A stretch of DNA of 64,000 nucleotides from Phaeosaccion multiseriatum (taxonomy: Eukaryota > Protista > Ochrophyta, other classes), in NCBI GenBank assembly GCA_965112735.1, contig OZ218963.1, forward strand, positions 2,418,001-2,482,000, read 5' to 3'. The translations under genes were made by a program, and so were the position numbers. Shown piece by piece: positions 39,786-53,770 of this stretch. Every line of letters begins with the position of its first letter. The first letter of the stretch is position 1. The notes below the pieces were generated by a model. The model did no database searches, was not told the DNA's origin, and was given only the letters and a program-made list of their open reading frames with translations.

Positions 39786-42700
39786 ACCGCTACTACTCCT
39801 CCTCTCCTCGCACGGACTGTGCTGTCGAAGGGGAAGTCGCAGTGTTTGCAGCACCCGAATCCAGAGTTCGGGGAAAGAGGGCTCCCGTAGCAGAATGGGT
39901 AAGAGTCGATTGAAGCTTTGAGAAAGCAAATGCAAAGCAGCCAGCTTGTCTGCGAGGGGGGGTGGGGGATTTCCAGGCCCCCTTCCTCTTGTTGCCTCCT
40001 CTTCTCTCCCCTCCACGTCGTGCTGCCCCCCCTTTCCACCCACTTGCACCCTTGCACTAGGTGATGCATCTCGAACCCGTGCAGTAGCTTCGTCAACTGA
40101 CTGGCTCGGTGCCGTCCCTCTCTCGGCAGCAGCAGCGGCAGAAACACCAAAGTGCTTATGCTTCGGCTCTCGATGTGGTTGTTCCCGACTTGGAGCTTCC
40201 ACCATCTCATACTCATTGTCCTCTTCCGCAGTTGCTGTTTCCATCGATGGCGAGGCAGAGGGAGATGCTGCCCCTCCAGCAGAGGGCAGTGCAGGATCCA
40301 TGCCTTCTTCCTCGCCCACGACTGAAGCCACGAGAGCAATAATGGTCTCCGAGAAGACCTCCACCAACAGCTCTCTCGGCGCTTGCAGACACACCTCACT
40401 CATGACTGCCTGTGTCAGGAGTTCCAAAGCGCGCTCCCTGACCCCCTCCCACCGGTCTTGCGCACCGCTGGCAAAGACATGTAGGATGGGTCGCCAGTAA
40501 GTAACCCAGGGGTCATCATCACCCTCACCCCCCCCCACTATGCCCTCCAATCGGGTGTGCATCACCATCGCCAGGTCCAGGGCGGCAAGCGAGTAGCTGA
40601 CCGTGTGCGTCCTTCCCCTCCGACCCCCCCCCAAAAAGGCCAAGAGGCACTTGGTGCAGCCGCCTGCCGGCAGGTGTGACTGCAGCTGCCGCTCGTGCAC
40701 CAGTAGGCACAGCGCCTCGAAGGCCATCGCTGCCCCCTCTCCCCCGAACGCTGCGCATGCCTCTACGGCGGAGAGAACATGACCCCACGCCCGAGTGGAC
40801 AAAAGCGGACCCAACATCGCACTGCATTGCCCCACAAGTCGACGCAGCGCGGAGCCAATGTGCACCGCCAAAGCCTCCGAGATTCGCGCGTCAGTGTGCG
40901 GTGGTAGCAGCCAGGTGAAGCCTTCGGCAAGGCCTTCACTGCCGCCTCCTCTAGAGATGAGCCTTATAATCAGACGCAGCAGTCCCGTTGCAGCCTTTTC
41001 CACGGCCACAGTCAGCACCCGCGCGTTGCCCAGCCGCACTCTGTAGTGCATCAACAATATGGGGCAAAGAATCTGGCAACGGTCTCGGTTTCGCAGCGTG
41101 AGCTCGGCCAAGAGTACTTCAGCAAAGGCCAGGGATGCGCGGCTGGGCGGCGCAAAACACTTGCTGCCAAAGCTTACCCGATCGCTACTGGCGCTGCTGC
41201 TGACTCCAACGCCTGATGTCTCCCCGCCCCCATTGCTGAACACCAGTCTACTCTTCGCCAAATCTCCCGCACAATCTCCCTCCAGCTTGTGGGTCGCCCC
41301 CTCTTGCGGTAGCGATGTGTGTATCGAAGCAATCAATCCTCGCACCAGCTGCAGCAAACTCTCTGTTGCGAGGACACGGCTTTCAGAGAGGAGGTCAGAG
41401 ACGCGGCATTGAAGTGCACACCTCCGCGCGACGGCCCAGCCTTGTGGCACCTTTTCTTTCAGCCGCGGTGGTGTGTTCGTTTCGCTGACTTTCTCCCCCG
41501 TTTGAATCGTCACTAGTACTGCTGCTGCTGCTCCTCCTCCTCCCTCTTCGTCTTCTTCCTCTTCTCCTCCTCCTCCTCCGCCTCTTCCATCTCCTCCTCC
41601 TCGTTTCCCTTCTCCTCTTTCTCCTCCTCGTCCTCCTCCTCTTCGTCGTCGTCGTCCTCCTCCTTCTCCTCCTCCAGCTGCTGCTTCAGATGATGGCCTT
41701 GCCAATGTGCTCGTCGATGTCGGCACGGAACCTACGGGGCTGCTGCCGCCGCGCTGATCGCTAAAGCTACAAGGCGGCGGGTCTATCGAGGTCGAGCGAG
41801 CATCAGATACAGCAAACGAGGGGTCAAATTCTCGAAGCAATCTGGACGGGTTCAGCGAACGACGACGACCGCCCCTGGTGATGCCACCGCTGCCATCTCT
41901 CTCATCTGTTCGAGGAGCACCTTGTTGGACACGCATGTCCCCTCCCTCCTTTCGCACATCTCTCTCACGCTCTCCCTCGGCATCACCACCTCCACCGTCA
42001 TCATGATCATGATGATCATCAAGATGGCCCTTATCGCTGCTGGTTCCATCATCGTTCGTGTTCTGGCTTCCCTCGGAACGCTCTTCTGTGGTGTTGACAT
42101 CTTCTGCGGTGTAGACTGCAACGGAATCCCACAGCTCTCTTCGAAGATGAAATGCATCCGCGGCAGCAAGAGCCGTCTTTGCGGAAGCGAACTGCATAAG
42201 CGCCGCAGCGTCTTCCTCAGAGGGAGTCGAGGCTGATTTCGACAGCTTTCCCAATGCCCACCTTAGCAGGCCACCACCCCCCGAGCCTCCGGTCTCCGCT
42301 ACTCTCTCTCCATCTAGCCCTGATAGAGAGCTACTCTCCCTTAGACCAAGGTCTTGCGCTGCCAGCACGATTGCGGTGAATTGAACACGAGCCTCGCGGG
42401 AGAGCAAGTCCTCATCACTCTCCCGAAGTATCTCCTTGGGAAGGACATGCAAGTCCCGCAGTCGAAGGGTAAGCCGAAGCATCATCTCCCATCCCAGCGT
42501 ACTCAGGTGCTCTCCCAATCGGTGGGCAATGCCGTAGGCCGTCACCGCTGCGGCTTGGGCGGAAGGGTTGTCTGCAAACTGGGACAAGGCCTCTAGTTCC
42601 TCCGCCTCTGCCCGCAGTTCCAGCGCTCGAAGGTCGAGGATGCGTCCACCACTACCAAAAAGCACAGCGCCACTACCACCACCGCTGTCAGCGCTCTGCA

Positions 42701-45700
42701 GCCCCTCGACCCCCCCGAGAGAGGGCTCGAGGAGAAGGTAGGTGGAGTCGACCAGCAGGAAGATGGCAGCGTTGATCAAGTCGGAGAGGGCAGCACGTCC
42801 AGCGATCTTGGCCGTGGTCAGCATGAGGTCGACACTCTCGCTCAGAACATCGAAAGGAACCCTAAACACGAAAGCGGTGGGCACGAAAGCTGTCGAGACG
42901 GCCTTGAGGACATCTTGCCACACAGCTTGCAACACATCACCGCGAAACAGCCCCGGCGGGAGACAAGGAGAAGCTCCGTCGCTTCCTCCCCTGTGGCGAG
43001 ACTGGCGCCCCAAGGTTCGCAATTCGCCGAGTGCCGCTTTCTTGGATGCCTGCGGGACAGCAAGGTAAGAGACAAAAGGCGTTGGCGATGACACACAGAA
43101 GAGCATTAGGGTTTGGCCGGTGTGTGACTCCGATGCCGTACTATATAGATTGCTGGCTCCCAGGGCTGAGCGCTATCAAAACAAAGGTACCTACCCATCT
43201 ATCGACGGTGCAAGGTACCATAAACTTGTAGCCACAGCAGCACTTCTGCCCCCCCCCCCCGTCCTTGAGCTCTCACCCCCAGCCTACCCACCACACAGAC
43301 GTACTTGACCATACCTGGACCAAGAGGTCGTTCCATCGAGCCGGAGTAACACCCCCCCGGGGTCCGCCACCCATGGTAATAATCTCGCTCTCCTGAATGC
43401 TTGTATAAATCTGTGCGACACCGAGGGAGGGGAGGCACACAAAGGCAAAGGAGGAGGGAGGGGGGCTCAGGATGTGGGCTCGGGAAAGAGATAGGCCAGC
43501 TGAACCGAACCAGACAGTCATCACACACGCACAAGCCCTTGACATGACAGTGACACCCAACCTGTTTGAGCATTTCTGCGGGAAGGTCCTGCCCCCTGCT
43601 CACTTCAGGGCCGTAGTTAATGTTGTTGCGCACAAACGCCTCCATCGACATCGACATTCGCTTCTCCGCCTTGATGTTTGGATTGTGTAGGTCGGTGTTG
43701 AGCATGATGATGCTGTAGCTTAACAGGTACGACACATCGGGCGTGGCCATCAGGAGCTGCTGTTTTGTCCCTCCTTCGACGCAGTCTCCGTGTGCAGCGC
43801 TGGCAAAAGCCTGCAGAATGCGGTCGATCTGCTGAGCCTCGCCGGGCAGCCGGAAGGAGGAGAGAAACATGCGGAGAGCCGATAGAAGCGAGCGTCCCTT
43901 GAAGTCAAAGCTCCCCGCAAAGGACGCCAGCACGGCCTCGTGAAACTCCTTCGTATCTCCCTCGTAAATAACGGTGGTCTCAACACCCTCGCCCATCCCT
44001 CCTCCTTCTGCCCCTGTTCCTGTTGTTGCTGCTGCTACATCCTTCTCGTCTTTGCCGAGCTCCCCGAGGTATGATCCAATAGCAGAAAGGGCAAGATCGG
44101 GGGCTGTCCTTAAGAAGGCCGCAACAGCCTCTGGGGTCAGCGGGTGGGGCAATAAAAATGTGGCGCTCCTCTGGGCCCCGCCTTCTCCAGTGTCGCCACT
44201 AACGGCATCGGCATCGCTACCACTGGTGCAGAATGCCACCCGCTTACTCACAGTATTCTGCAATAAGATGAGTCCCTTCGAGGGCTTCATGTTGAAGGCC
44301 TGAGCTGCCTTTCGTAGCATTTTCTTGTCTCTCCACTCCGCCAAGTATTCAGCCCTCGCTCGCTCGCACTCCACTTCACCCTCCCCCTTCCCTACTAGGG
44401 CAGCTCCAGCCCCAGAATTCTCCAAAGAAGTGAATAGGAGGAGGACGAGGCGCAAACACTCTCTGTTAAGGTCTGGCTCCAGATCCTCCGCGATATTCGA
44501 CCCACTCAACCTGCAGCAATCGTAATTGACAAACAGCTCCGGCATGAGGGAGGGTAGCGACACGAGGTTGGCCAAGGCCTCAAGAATCACCTCACCCTCC
44601 TGCGCTGTGTACCGCTCGCCGACCACCTCCTTTCCAGCCGCGCGTCGACCACCGCTGCGGCTGCTGCTACCGCGGCTACTGCTGCTGCTGCTGCTGCTGG
44701 TGGTGGTGGTGGTGGCACCCACACCGCCTGGAAAGCCCTGTAAGCCTGCTGCTTCGTGAGCCTCCCCCGCTTGTTGCAACTGAAGTAAGAGGCGAAGAAA
44801 TATCCCATTGATAAGCGCCTCAAATTGCATTTTGAGGTGAGATCGATTGTTGCTGACCCACAGGCAGTGAATGACGTTGAGTGCCTCGGTGAGCAGATTC
44901 GTGGAATGCCCGCCTCTCCCCAGTTCAAGTAGCATGAAGCAGAGACCGTTACTCATCATGTCAAGGAGGGGAGGGTATGAAGCAAGGGCCGCACCGGCTG
45001 TGATGATAGCGTGTCCTAATAGACGGAGGCAGAGCTCTCCCACCACCAGGCTGTTCTCTGATGAGGGACCGGCGACAGTAGGTTGGTGACTCGCTCGGGG
45101 TTTGGACATGGCATATTCACCGCCGCTACCACTCTTGTCGGTCATGACTCTCGTGACTGAGGCACTGGCACAACAGGTATGTAGCTCACCCAAGAGGAAT
45201 CGAAAGAACTTGACGGCGCACGCAAGACCGTGGCTTGTAGTGTTGCTGCCACTACTGCTGGTGGTGGTCACTGCTTCAAAAACCAGCGTGGTGAGGCGGG
45301 AGAGGGTGTCTTCCGCAGCGTACGCCACCATCTGAGAGTTCCGATTTTCGATGATATAGTGGTAGCACACCTCCACCGCCTGCCATAGGGCATCATCCGT
45401 CAGGAGCGATCCCAAGCCCCGGTCTCCTCCTGCCACCGTGCTGCTACAGTCCACCGGTTGAAACACCACCGCTTCCCCCACCAGCTGCAGCATCACAAAG
45501 TGCACCACTTGGTCACTGCCTCCATGATCTTCGTACTTTGCACTGCTGAGGGCCACCTCCACCAGTTCTGTTACAGCTTCCTGGGCATTGGGCATAGCTA
45601 GCTGGGTGAAGAACACGGAGCCTGAGTATGCGCAGAAGCGCCCCGAGAGCTGACGCTTTAAGCTCCCGATTTGTGGCCGAGTGGACGACATTGAGAAAAG

Positions 45701-46059
45701 GCCGGACCAGCGTCAATGCGCTAAGCTCCACGACAGCTGGGAGAGAGGGGTGGAGAAAGCAGAGAGGATCATGTGAGAGAGGGTACGGATAGAGAAAAGG
45801 AACCAGAGAGTGGAAGAGAAAAAGGAGGCCAAAGCCTTTCCCTATTGACAACCTCGCGAGGAAGCGGCCGCAAGCCCCTCTTACCTTCTTCATCAGCGCT
45901 CCTCACTTCATCGCGCAAGTCGGTGAGAGCCAGCACGAGGGGGAGAACAGGCCCTCCATACCTCGTGTTCCGTCTCAAAGCAGCGAGAAGTCCCGCCACC
46001 TGTCCGAGCACCACCTCTTGCGTGACGACGAGAGAAGATGAAGCTCTGCCCACAGCCAT
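39405..46059 (-). CDS. GBF1/GNOM-type Sec7-domain ARF guanine-nucleotide exchange factor, multi-exon
   Basis: Sec7 motifs FRLPGEAQQIDRILQAFA and YSIIMLNTDLHNP; HUS-box-like ELFVNYDC; HLKMQFE; ELTLRNRDR of the GBF/GNOM clade. Confidence 0.9.
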
Positions 46060-47746
46060 ACTCTTCCCGCCCACTCCCTCAGCTCAGTTCAGTTCATCCT
46101 GAAGCCTGGGGGGGGGGGGGGGCATCCAAGCGAGTAAACGAGCAGGAGGAGAAACCCCCCTTTTTGAAAATGTCGCTGGCTGCCTGGCTGGCCCCTTTTT
46201 TCTTCTTTATACCGCCTTTCTCCACACACACTCCTCGGCGGACCGAGATTCTTTCACCAGCATGAGCAACGAAAATAGCGCTATCGATCTTCTAAGGTAC
46301 TTCCCACCCCGTGACGGACTGTGGGGTGAGTAAAACGCCATAAACTAGGTCTTTAGAAAGACAGCGCGGAAAAATGGCACGGGCATGCATGGACCACCAG
46401 CACCAGCTCCCTCACAACTCGGCAGCAGCAGCAGTAGCACCACACCAGCTTCAGCTTTCTCATCAGGTACACCAGGACTCGCTCTGCCCTCCTGCGCCGC
46501 CGGCACGAATGGATACTGGGGAAGAAGAAGGGGGAGGTTCTTCTCCTGCGAGGAGGAGGGAGTTCGAAGAAGGGCACCGACATTAATGGATACAGGTGGG
46601 GGGGTGGGGAAGCAGCCCAAGGCAGCGATGGATTAGCATGTCCCACCAGAGGGCACCGCCGACCGCATCATCTCACCACTGGATACTGCTGCTGCTTGGT
46701 CGGGCGGCGGGGGGGGGGGGAGGCAGCGGAGGATTAGCCCATGAGACCCAACCACTCCGCCATTCTGAACCTTTACCCCGACGCCGACAATGATGTCAGC
46801 CGCTAGGAGTATCGCCCCAGCCACAGCCACCACCGCCAGCAGGAGGGCCTGCAGCAGCTGCTGTGCCGCCCCCACCACACGGCCACCAAGCCAACCACGA
46901 CTCAGGCCCACCAGAGAGAGGCTCGCTCTCCCGGCGAGGCTGGTTTCTCAGGGATACTACGTTGCCTCCACTACGACGGCAGACGCGAGTGGCAACCAGG
47001 GAAGACGGAGGGGGAGGGGCGGAGGCAGAAGAGGCCGGAGGAGGGATATGCACCAGCAGAGGGCGAGGCACGGCAGAGGAGGCAGAGGCAGCATTCTAGA
47101 ACGGAGGGCGGCACATGCTGCAGTGGAGAGAGCAAGGGTCAGCAGGCTCAGTCCCGGTACAGCTGTATTACGGAGGACGACACGTGCTGTAGCGGCCGCA
47201 GGCAGTGGTCACGAGTCTCCAACAGCCCCAGTCCCACCACGACAGCTCGAGCACGGAGGACGGCACGTGGTGCAGGGCAGACATCACGAGTGAGCAACCT
47301 GCCAGAGGCCCGGTACTGCTCGAGCACGGAGGACGAGACGTGCTGTAGCGCAGCAGAGCAAAGGGTAGTAGCTGCGAGCCTGGCTCGATGGTGTGGCTGG
47401 TCGGCGCCAACGACGTCGTTCTTTCGGAGGAGGAGCGCGGTGTGGCAGTGCCCGCACGCATTGCCGGGACCGTCGGGATGATGCCTCTCCAGGTCGAGCA
47501 GCAGCAAGCGGCTACAGATTTAAACTTACGTAAATATGTACCAAACTTACGTAAATATGTACCTATCGTCTGCTTTTGGCTGTGTATAGTATTCTAGGCC
47601 GCGTTGTTGGCCCTGCAGTGGCTGTCTTAAAACATACGCTCCACAAGAATTACTACCGCGCCTCTGAATCATCACAGCTTGCCTGACGCAGTTACGGGAA
47701 ACCTCCCCTATCACGCTCTTCTTGTATTGACTTATCACCTGAAAAT

Positions 47747-48780
47747 GTGTGTGTTGTATGTATCTCTGTGTCTCCGGGCCCCCCGAGGGGCCGGTTACTC
47801 CCCCTCTTGGTCGGGGAGGGGAAGTGCAGGACCAGCTCCGCGGTTGAGCCGACCCAGGAAGGCGCGCTCTCGCTTAGCGAGAGCCATATCTGGTGGCTGC
47901 AGCTGACGAGACGGCGAAGTCTGGCCAGGACGTGGCCCTTGGTGGTGGAGGAGCCAGTGCGGCCCGTGCGGGAGACCACGTGCTCGGCAAGTGCGTGTAG
48001 GAGCGATTGCGCCTATGCGCCGAGTCGTCCGTGGGTCTCGATGGCGAAGGTGGCGAGGCGAACATGCTCTCGGTCGTAGGTGCCGGCATAGTGCCGCTCC
48101 TTGCGGGTCTCGCTGTGGGCTGCTGCCGCTCCCGGTCTGGTGTCCGTGTGGAGCACATTCAGGGCCGTCCTGCAGATATTGTTACTCAGGGTTAGGTCCA
48201 GCATGTGCGCCGGGTGGGCAAAGGTTGGGTCGCGAGCCCCGGGGAGGGCACGGCGGGGGAGGGTGGCGTCCATACGGAAGGTCCTGGCGATATTGTGTGG
48301 GGGGAGGAAGTACTCCGAGCTCTCGTGTCCGACGCGGGAGACAAAGTTCTGCTTGAACATGTCCTCGACGGAGGAGAGCATCCCGGTGTGGTAAGTGTTG
48401 GCCTGGTTGGGGCACTGGATGGCGTGGGACGAGTCAGCGCGTGTGTTGCAGCGGGTGCAGACAAGCGCGTCGGGTCCTCCTGGGCCATAGAGGCAGATAA
48501 TACCGAGGGAGCGTCGGAGGGCCCCTACCATGTCTTGGGCCGGCATGGAGACCTGTCCCGGTGAGCTGGCGATGAAGCCCATGGCACCGGGGCTGCTCTG
48601 GCTGAGGTGCCGAGCCTTGGCCTGTCGGTGAGACTCCATGCCGGCATCGGCTGCAGCTGCGTCGTCTTGGAGTCGGTCCAGTGATGCGTAGTACTTGTTG
48701 ACGCGCTGTGGCGCTAGGCATCTCTGGAGGGCGCGGGAAGGGGGGGGAATGGGGGGTTATACTTTCTGGTGCCATCTGCG
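47747..48780 (-). mobile_element. 5'-truncated CRE-like non-LTR retrotransposon (RLE endonuclease region)
   Basis: CTRC...HAIQC zinc knuckle followed by YH, RMD, LDLT, KERHY and FAIETHGRLG in RLE order. In-frame stop at 48013-48015. 3' stem-loop and AC-rich tail. Ends are approximate. Confidence 0.75.
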
Positions 48781-48805
48781 CTGCCTAACAGTAAAGGAGG
48801 AGTAT

Positions 48806-48963
48806 TCGACCCTGGACAAGATTACGGCCTAAAACTCTCTCTTCTCTTTTCCCACTTGCACATCACCGGTCTAATAATCAATAATCACGCCGAAAGGGCG
48901 AATAGAAATTGTACTTTCTATTTTTTATTTTTTGAATACAATCGTAACCTTACGTGAGGGTTT
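48806..48963. mobile_element. Degenerate MITE family B copy
   Basis: Left 22 nt TCGACCCTGGACAAGATTACGG are identical to 54737 and 55058. Internal TAATCAATAATCA motif and a decayed right TIR (CGTAACCTTACGTGAGGGT). Confidence 0.55.
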
Positions 48964-49360
48964 AAGTCACTTTTTCACGCGGAGCCTCTCGTTCTCTCCT
49001 CGTGGACCCGTTGCAAGACCAGCTCTGTTGCGTTGCGCCTGTAATACACACACAAACACACAGCCACACACATGTAAGTTTTTGTTTCCTTGAAAGTGAA
49101 AGGGTGGGAGGACCTAAAAAGCGTTCGCCCACCGGGCCAAAGCACACGTGCAACGAATGTGTGGGTGCGCATGGTGTGTTACACGTGTGTGGGGGGGGGG
49201 GGGGGTGAGGGAAGGGAGAGTGGAGGGGAATAGCGGCTCGAGTGCGGTGTGCACAGAGAGTCAGATCCAAGAATCCAAGGATGCAAGGCTTCATTAGACC
49301 ACAAACGGTGACGGAAGACGCGACAAATGGAGGAGAGGGGCCATCACGGAACACAGGTCA

Positions 49361-49472
49361 GTCATCACATCAAGGAGGAGATCAGTAATAGACATGAGTC
49401 ATCACATCAAGGAGGAGATCAGTAATAGACATGAGTCATCACATCAAGGAGGAGATTAGTAATTGACATGAG
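49361..49472. repeat. 37-bp unit triplicated over the PPR gene stop codon
   Basis: GTCATCACATCAAGGAGGAGATCAGTAATAGACATGA at 49361 and 49398, with a variant at 49435. Confidence 0.9.
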
Positions 49473-52400
49473 TCATCATCACTCGCCTTGAGGTCAGTCT
49501 TGGCCATGATTTCGAGGTTGGGCTTGAGGCCTCGGGCCGTCATTTCATCGAGCAAAGCGCGGGCTTGAGCGCTCCTGTCTCCGGGTCCAGCCCAGCCCAG
49601 ACAAGCAGAGAGACAGAGAGACAGACACAGAGAGAGAGAGAGGCGGAACACGTAAGACATGCGAGCGGTGAGGTGTGTGTGCGTGTATGTTGGGTGTGCG
49701 TGCTGTGGCCCCGGGACGATGCTGCGTCGTGACTCCTCTCGCCCTATAGTAGCAGCAGTTGGTGATACAGGCGTACCTGCCAGCGTGGAAGAGCGCGGCT
49801 GCGAGGGCATGATACATGAACTCATCCACCTCGACGCCGCTGGAGTGCTTGGCGTCCTGTATTATATGAGGGTGTAGAGGAGAGGAGGTCGGGCAGCAGC
49901 AGCAGCAGCAGCAGCGGTAGCGGCAGCCGTAGCGGCAGCCGTAGCGGCAGCCGCAGTGGCAGTAGCAGCAGCAGTAGCAGCAGTGGTACGCCTTGAGCAA
50001 AAGAAAGAGTAGGGACTTGATTCGAGGGCGACCAACATTTGCAGAAGCCCCCCCCCTCCATATCATCATCATCATCATCACCATCATCACATCATCATCA
50101 TCATCATCATCATCCTCATCATCATCGTCTTACCTCGAACACCGCCACGGCTTCCTCCAGCTCTTTCGCCTTGAGAGTGGCCAACAGGACCTGCCCAGAG
50201 GAAGGCAGCAGATGGACGGGAAGAAGGGGAGGCAGCAGATTGACGGAAGGAAAGCAGGAGATGGACGGACAGGAGGGAAGGCAGCAGATGGATGGATAGG
50301 AGGGAAGTCAACAGATGGAGGGACAGATGGACGGACAGAAGGGAAGGCAGCAGATGGACGGAGAGGAGGGAAGGCAGTGGACAAGCTTAGAATTGATGTT
50401 CGTAGTGGGTGAATAGAGTGAGCGAGCAATACAGACCACACTGGCACGGTGTAAAGTCCCACTGTGAGTTTGGGTCAACAAGACAGGGACATTCGCAAAT
50501 AGACGAGTCAGACCTGGGCCCAGACTCTACAGCTACTTCGCAGCTCCGCCCGTACGGCCGTATGCACAACGCGTGACGCAGCCACTGTGCCTGCCGCTGT
50601 CCTGTGCCTGGAACAACTTGCTCGCTCGCTCACTCACTCACGACCTCACTCACTCACCTGCATGTAACTCCCGATGTTGGGTTGGTGGGCCACCGAAGTC
50701 TTCATGTCCTGGAGGAGAGAGCGTGCCTCCCGCCACGCCCCCGCCCCGGCGCTCACCCCCAGGAGCACGTTGAGCAGAGCCACGTCATAAGGAATGCGCC
50801 GGGCCCTCAGCTCTTCCAAGAGTCGGAACGCCCCCCTGGGTGTGGTGGATTGTTTCATTTTTCAATAATAAATGGGAAGGGCGTCATACACCCATGTATC
50901 TTAAAGGAAAGGGCTCTCCATCCTTTCCTTGGAAGTGGGTGCTTGGTGAAGGGGGAAAGCTGTATGTGAAACCTAAACACGCACGTACTTCACATCTCTG
51001 GCATATCCACAAGCAGCAATGGCTGCGGTGTAGCACAGCTTGTCAGGCTCCACCCCCGTCCTCTCCATGTCACTCAGCAAGGACAGCGCGAGGTCCAGCT
51101 CCCCTGCCTCGCCACAGGCAGTGATGGCAGCCTCGAACACTGACACGTTCGCAGGGATGCCTGTGGCCGAAGAATATTTCAACCCCAAGGGGCGACGAGA
51201 GGAGAGACGAGTTCAAGCAGAAGAGAGTCAGAGGGAGAAAGAGTGGGCATGAGTGGGCATCATTGGTTTGGATGGGGATGCGGGCGAGTAAGAGGGGGCG
51301 GGGAGGGATCGACACAGCAGAGGATTGCGCAGAGGAGGGAGGGGAAGGTTTGTGCTCTGCCTCGGTCCAACCCACCCACCCACACATACCCACGCACGCA
51401 CTCACGCCCGCCCGCCCGCACCTAAATCGATCATCTGCCGGAGAAGCTCCATAACGGTCCGAGTGTCTGTAAGCGAGGCGCACGACAGAATGGCGGAGGT
51501 GTAGCAGTGAGCGTCGAGTTGGACTCCTCGCTCGACCAGGCGTTGAAGCGTACCCACCTGGGAAGGAAGCAAAACATGGAGGAGGCGATGGTAGGGGATG
51601 GCAAAGAATGGCAGGGGATGGTAGAGGATGGCAGGGGATGGCAGACGATGGCAGAGGGCGGAAAAGGGGTACGTGGGGCGTCGTTGTGTGAGGAGTGTAC
51701 GTGTCAAGGGTCTCCGATACGATACAGAGAAAGTCCGACAAACGTAAGTAGTTGACAGAATAGAAGAAACCCCAGGACACCCCCAACGCAAATCTCTCTC
51801 TGTTCTGTGTCACGCCCTCCCCCTTTTCCCCTCGCTCCCTCCCTTGCTTATTTCGCTCCGTTCCCTCTCGAAACTCGTTCATTCCTCCTCCCTCCCTCCC
51901 TCCCTCCCTCCCCCTCTGCCTGTTGGAAGGCGGGTCGACTCTCCTCACCGCAAGGGCATGCGCGCCGGCCAAGTTGCACGCTCTCACAGCAGCGTTGCAT
52001 GACGACGCGTCCATCGCGGCACCCTCTGGGCGGGCATGTGAGCACGGTGACGGGTGAGGAGGAGGAGGCCATCAGGCCATCAGGGACAGCAATGGAGGAC
52101 GATAGGAGCGAGGGGGATGAGAGACGAGCGGAGGGCGGCGTTTGTCTAAGCATTAACTTTGTGGGCAGGAGTAGCGCGACGCATCAAATCAAATATAGGC
52201 GGAGGTGGCAGCCAGGCTTTTGAGAGCACCTGACCAGCAACCATCTCTTGAAGAGTCGGAAAGGGCCGGTCCCTCCTTCAAAGTAATCAACATGATTCAT
52301 GGTGGTGACCAACCCCTTAGCATCTGCAGAGCCGGACGTAAGTTCACCATGAACAAACCCATCTTTCCTACCTCGCTTGTGAATATCCTCGAGCAGCCTG

Positions 52401-53400
52401 AGGGCGGCTTTGGGCCGCTTGGCTTTGCCACAAGCTACCATCGCGGCGCTGTAACAGTGCCGGCTGAACACGGGCACCTGAGTAGGCATACCAGAGACGT
52501 AGACCCCAAAGAGCGGTCGGTGGTACGCAGGAGGGGGAGGGGGAGGGTGAGATAAGAAGATTTGACGCTGTGAGACAAAGAGAGGACGTAAAGATAACAA
52601 GGTGATGGTGGGGTCCGCAAAGTTATTGTGTACCCGTCCAGTGAGTAGAGGATGGTGCAAGAGCACACCCACCCCTCAAGAAAGATACCCGATGAAGCTT
52701 CCTCTGCACCCCGCATCCACCTCACCCCAGTCAGTCCACGAGTGTAAGGCACGCATGAGTGAGTGCGGACTTTGTCTCACCCTCAAACGAGCCCCTACGT
52801 AAGAAATAAAAACACGATCGTAAGGCAGGACGCCTCCCCCCCCAGATGCCAAGTGTGCTGCTTTTGTGGAGCTTCACCACCACCCCCCATGCTACCCACC
52901 TCGCCCAGCAGCCGAAGCGATTCTTGCCAGAGACCCGAGTCTCCCACGGCCTTAATAGCTGCGCTGTATACGTACTCATTGTACACCTCCCCTCTATCTC
53001 TAGCCGACTTGAGCAGCGCGAGCACCGCCAGGCCCTGCTTCTTGGTCCCAAGCCCCATTACGACTTTGAGCATGGCCTTGTTGCGTCGGGTGTCCTCCGC
53101 GCTCTCTGGGTATGTACGTGGGCGTCACACAAGGAAAAGCATCACCAGGAACCAGTAAGGGGAAGGGCACACGCAGCCAGCAGCGTGAGAGGAGGCCGGG
53201 GGCGGGGGCCAGGGCTGGTCTCATGGGTACATCACGGTCAGGACTGATGGGACCTTCTTTGGCAAGCCTTCTACTCTTTTGTGTGTACCTTTCAATGATT
53301 CAGAGGCCGGACCGGCTTTCTCACTGCCGCTACTACTACGATGTCGCCCACTACCGACGGGATCGTTGCCCCCCCGCCCCGTGTGAACTGGTCTCATGCC
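49439..53400 (-). CDS. Pentatricopeptide repeat (PPR) protein, multi-exon; 5' end uncertain
   Basis: PPR motifs: VYSAAIKAVGDSGLWQESLRLL, CYSAAMVACGKAKRPKAALRLLEDI, VFEAAITACGEAGELDLALSLLSDMERTGVEPDKLCYTAAIAACG, ARALLDEMTARGLKPN. Confidence 0.85.
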
Positions 53401-53770
53401 CCGCGGCGAGAATCGGCAATTCCCCCTTCTCCACATCCCTTTCGATACTCCAGAGAGAAATTCGGCAAAATCCAGCGTGTCTTTTATCCGTGAGGCATGT
53501 ACCCTCCCTGTCGATGCTCCTTTACCCTCGTGAGGTAGCCGTGCTGGGAAGCTGCTGAGGCGCCGGTACAGGAAGGAGGACTGAGCACAGAGATACACGT
53601 GACTTTCGTTGCTGTGCATTGGACTGCCAGAGGCAGCATTTTCCCTCGCTCGGAACCTGCAGACGCCCAGGCGTCGTCCGCAATCACGACCCCGAATCAT
53701 GTTTGTGGAGAGATACAGTGTATTGACTTAAGAGGAAAGAAGAAATTGAAACTGAAAGTGTGTGTGGTGT

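Noticed and set aside
46345-47510. Gene upstream of the Sec7 gene (several short ORFs, imperfect CGGAGGACG repeats)
   Set aside because: No recognisable domain or consistent frame, so no call can be supported.
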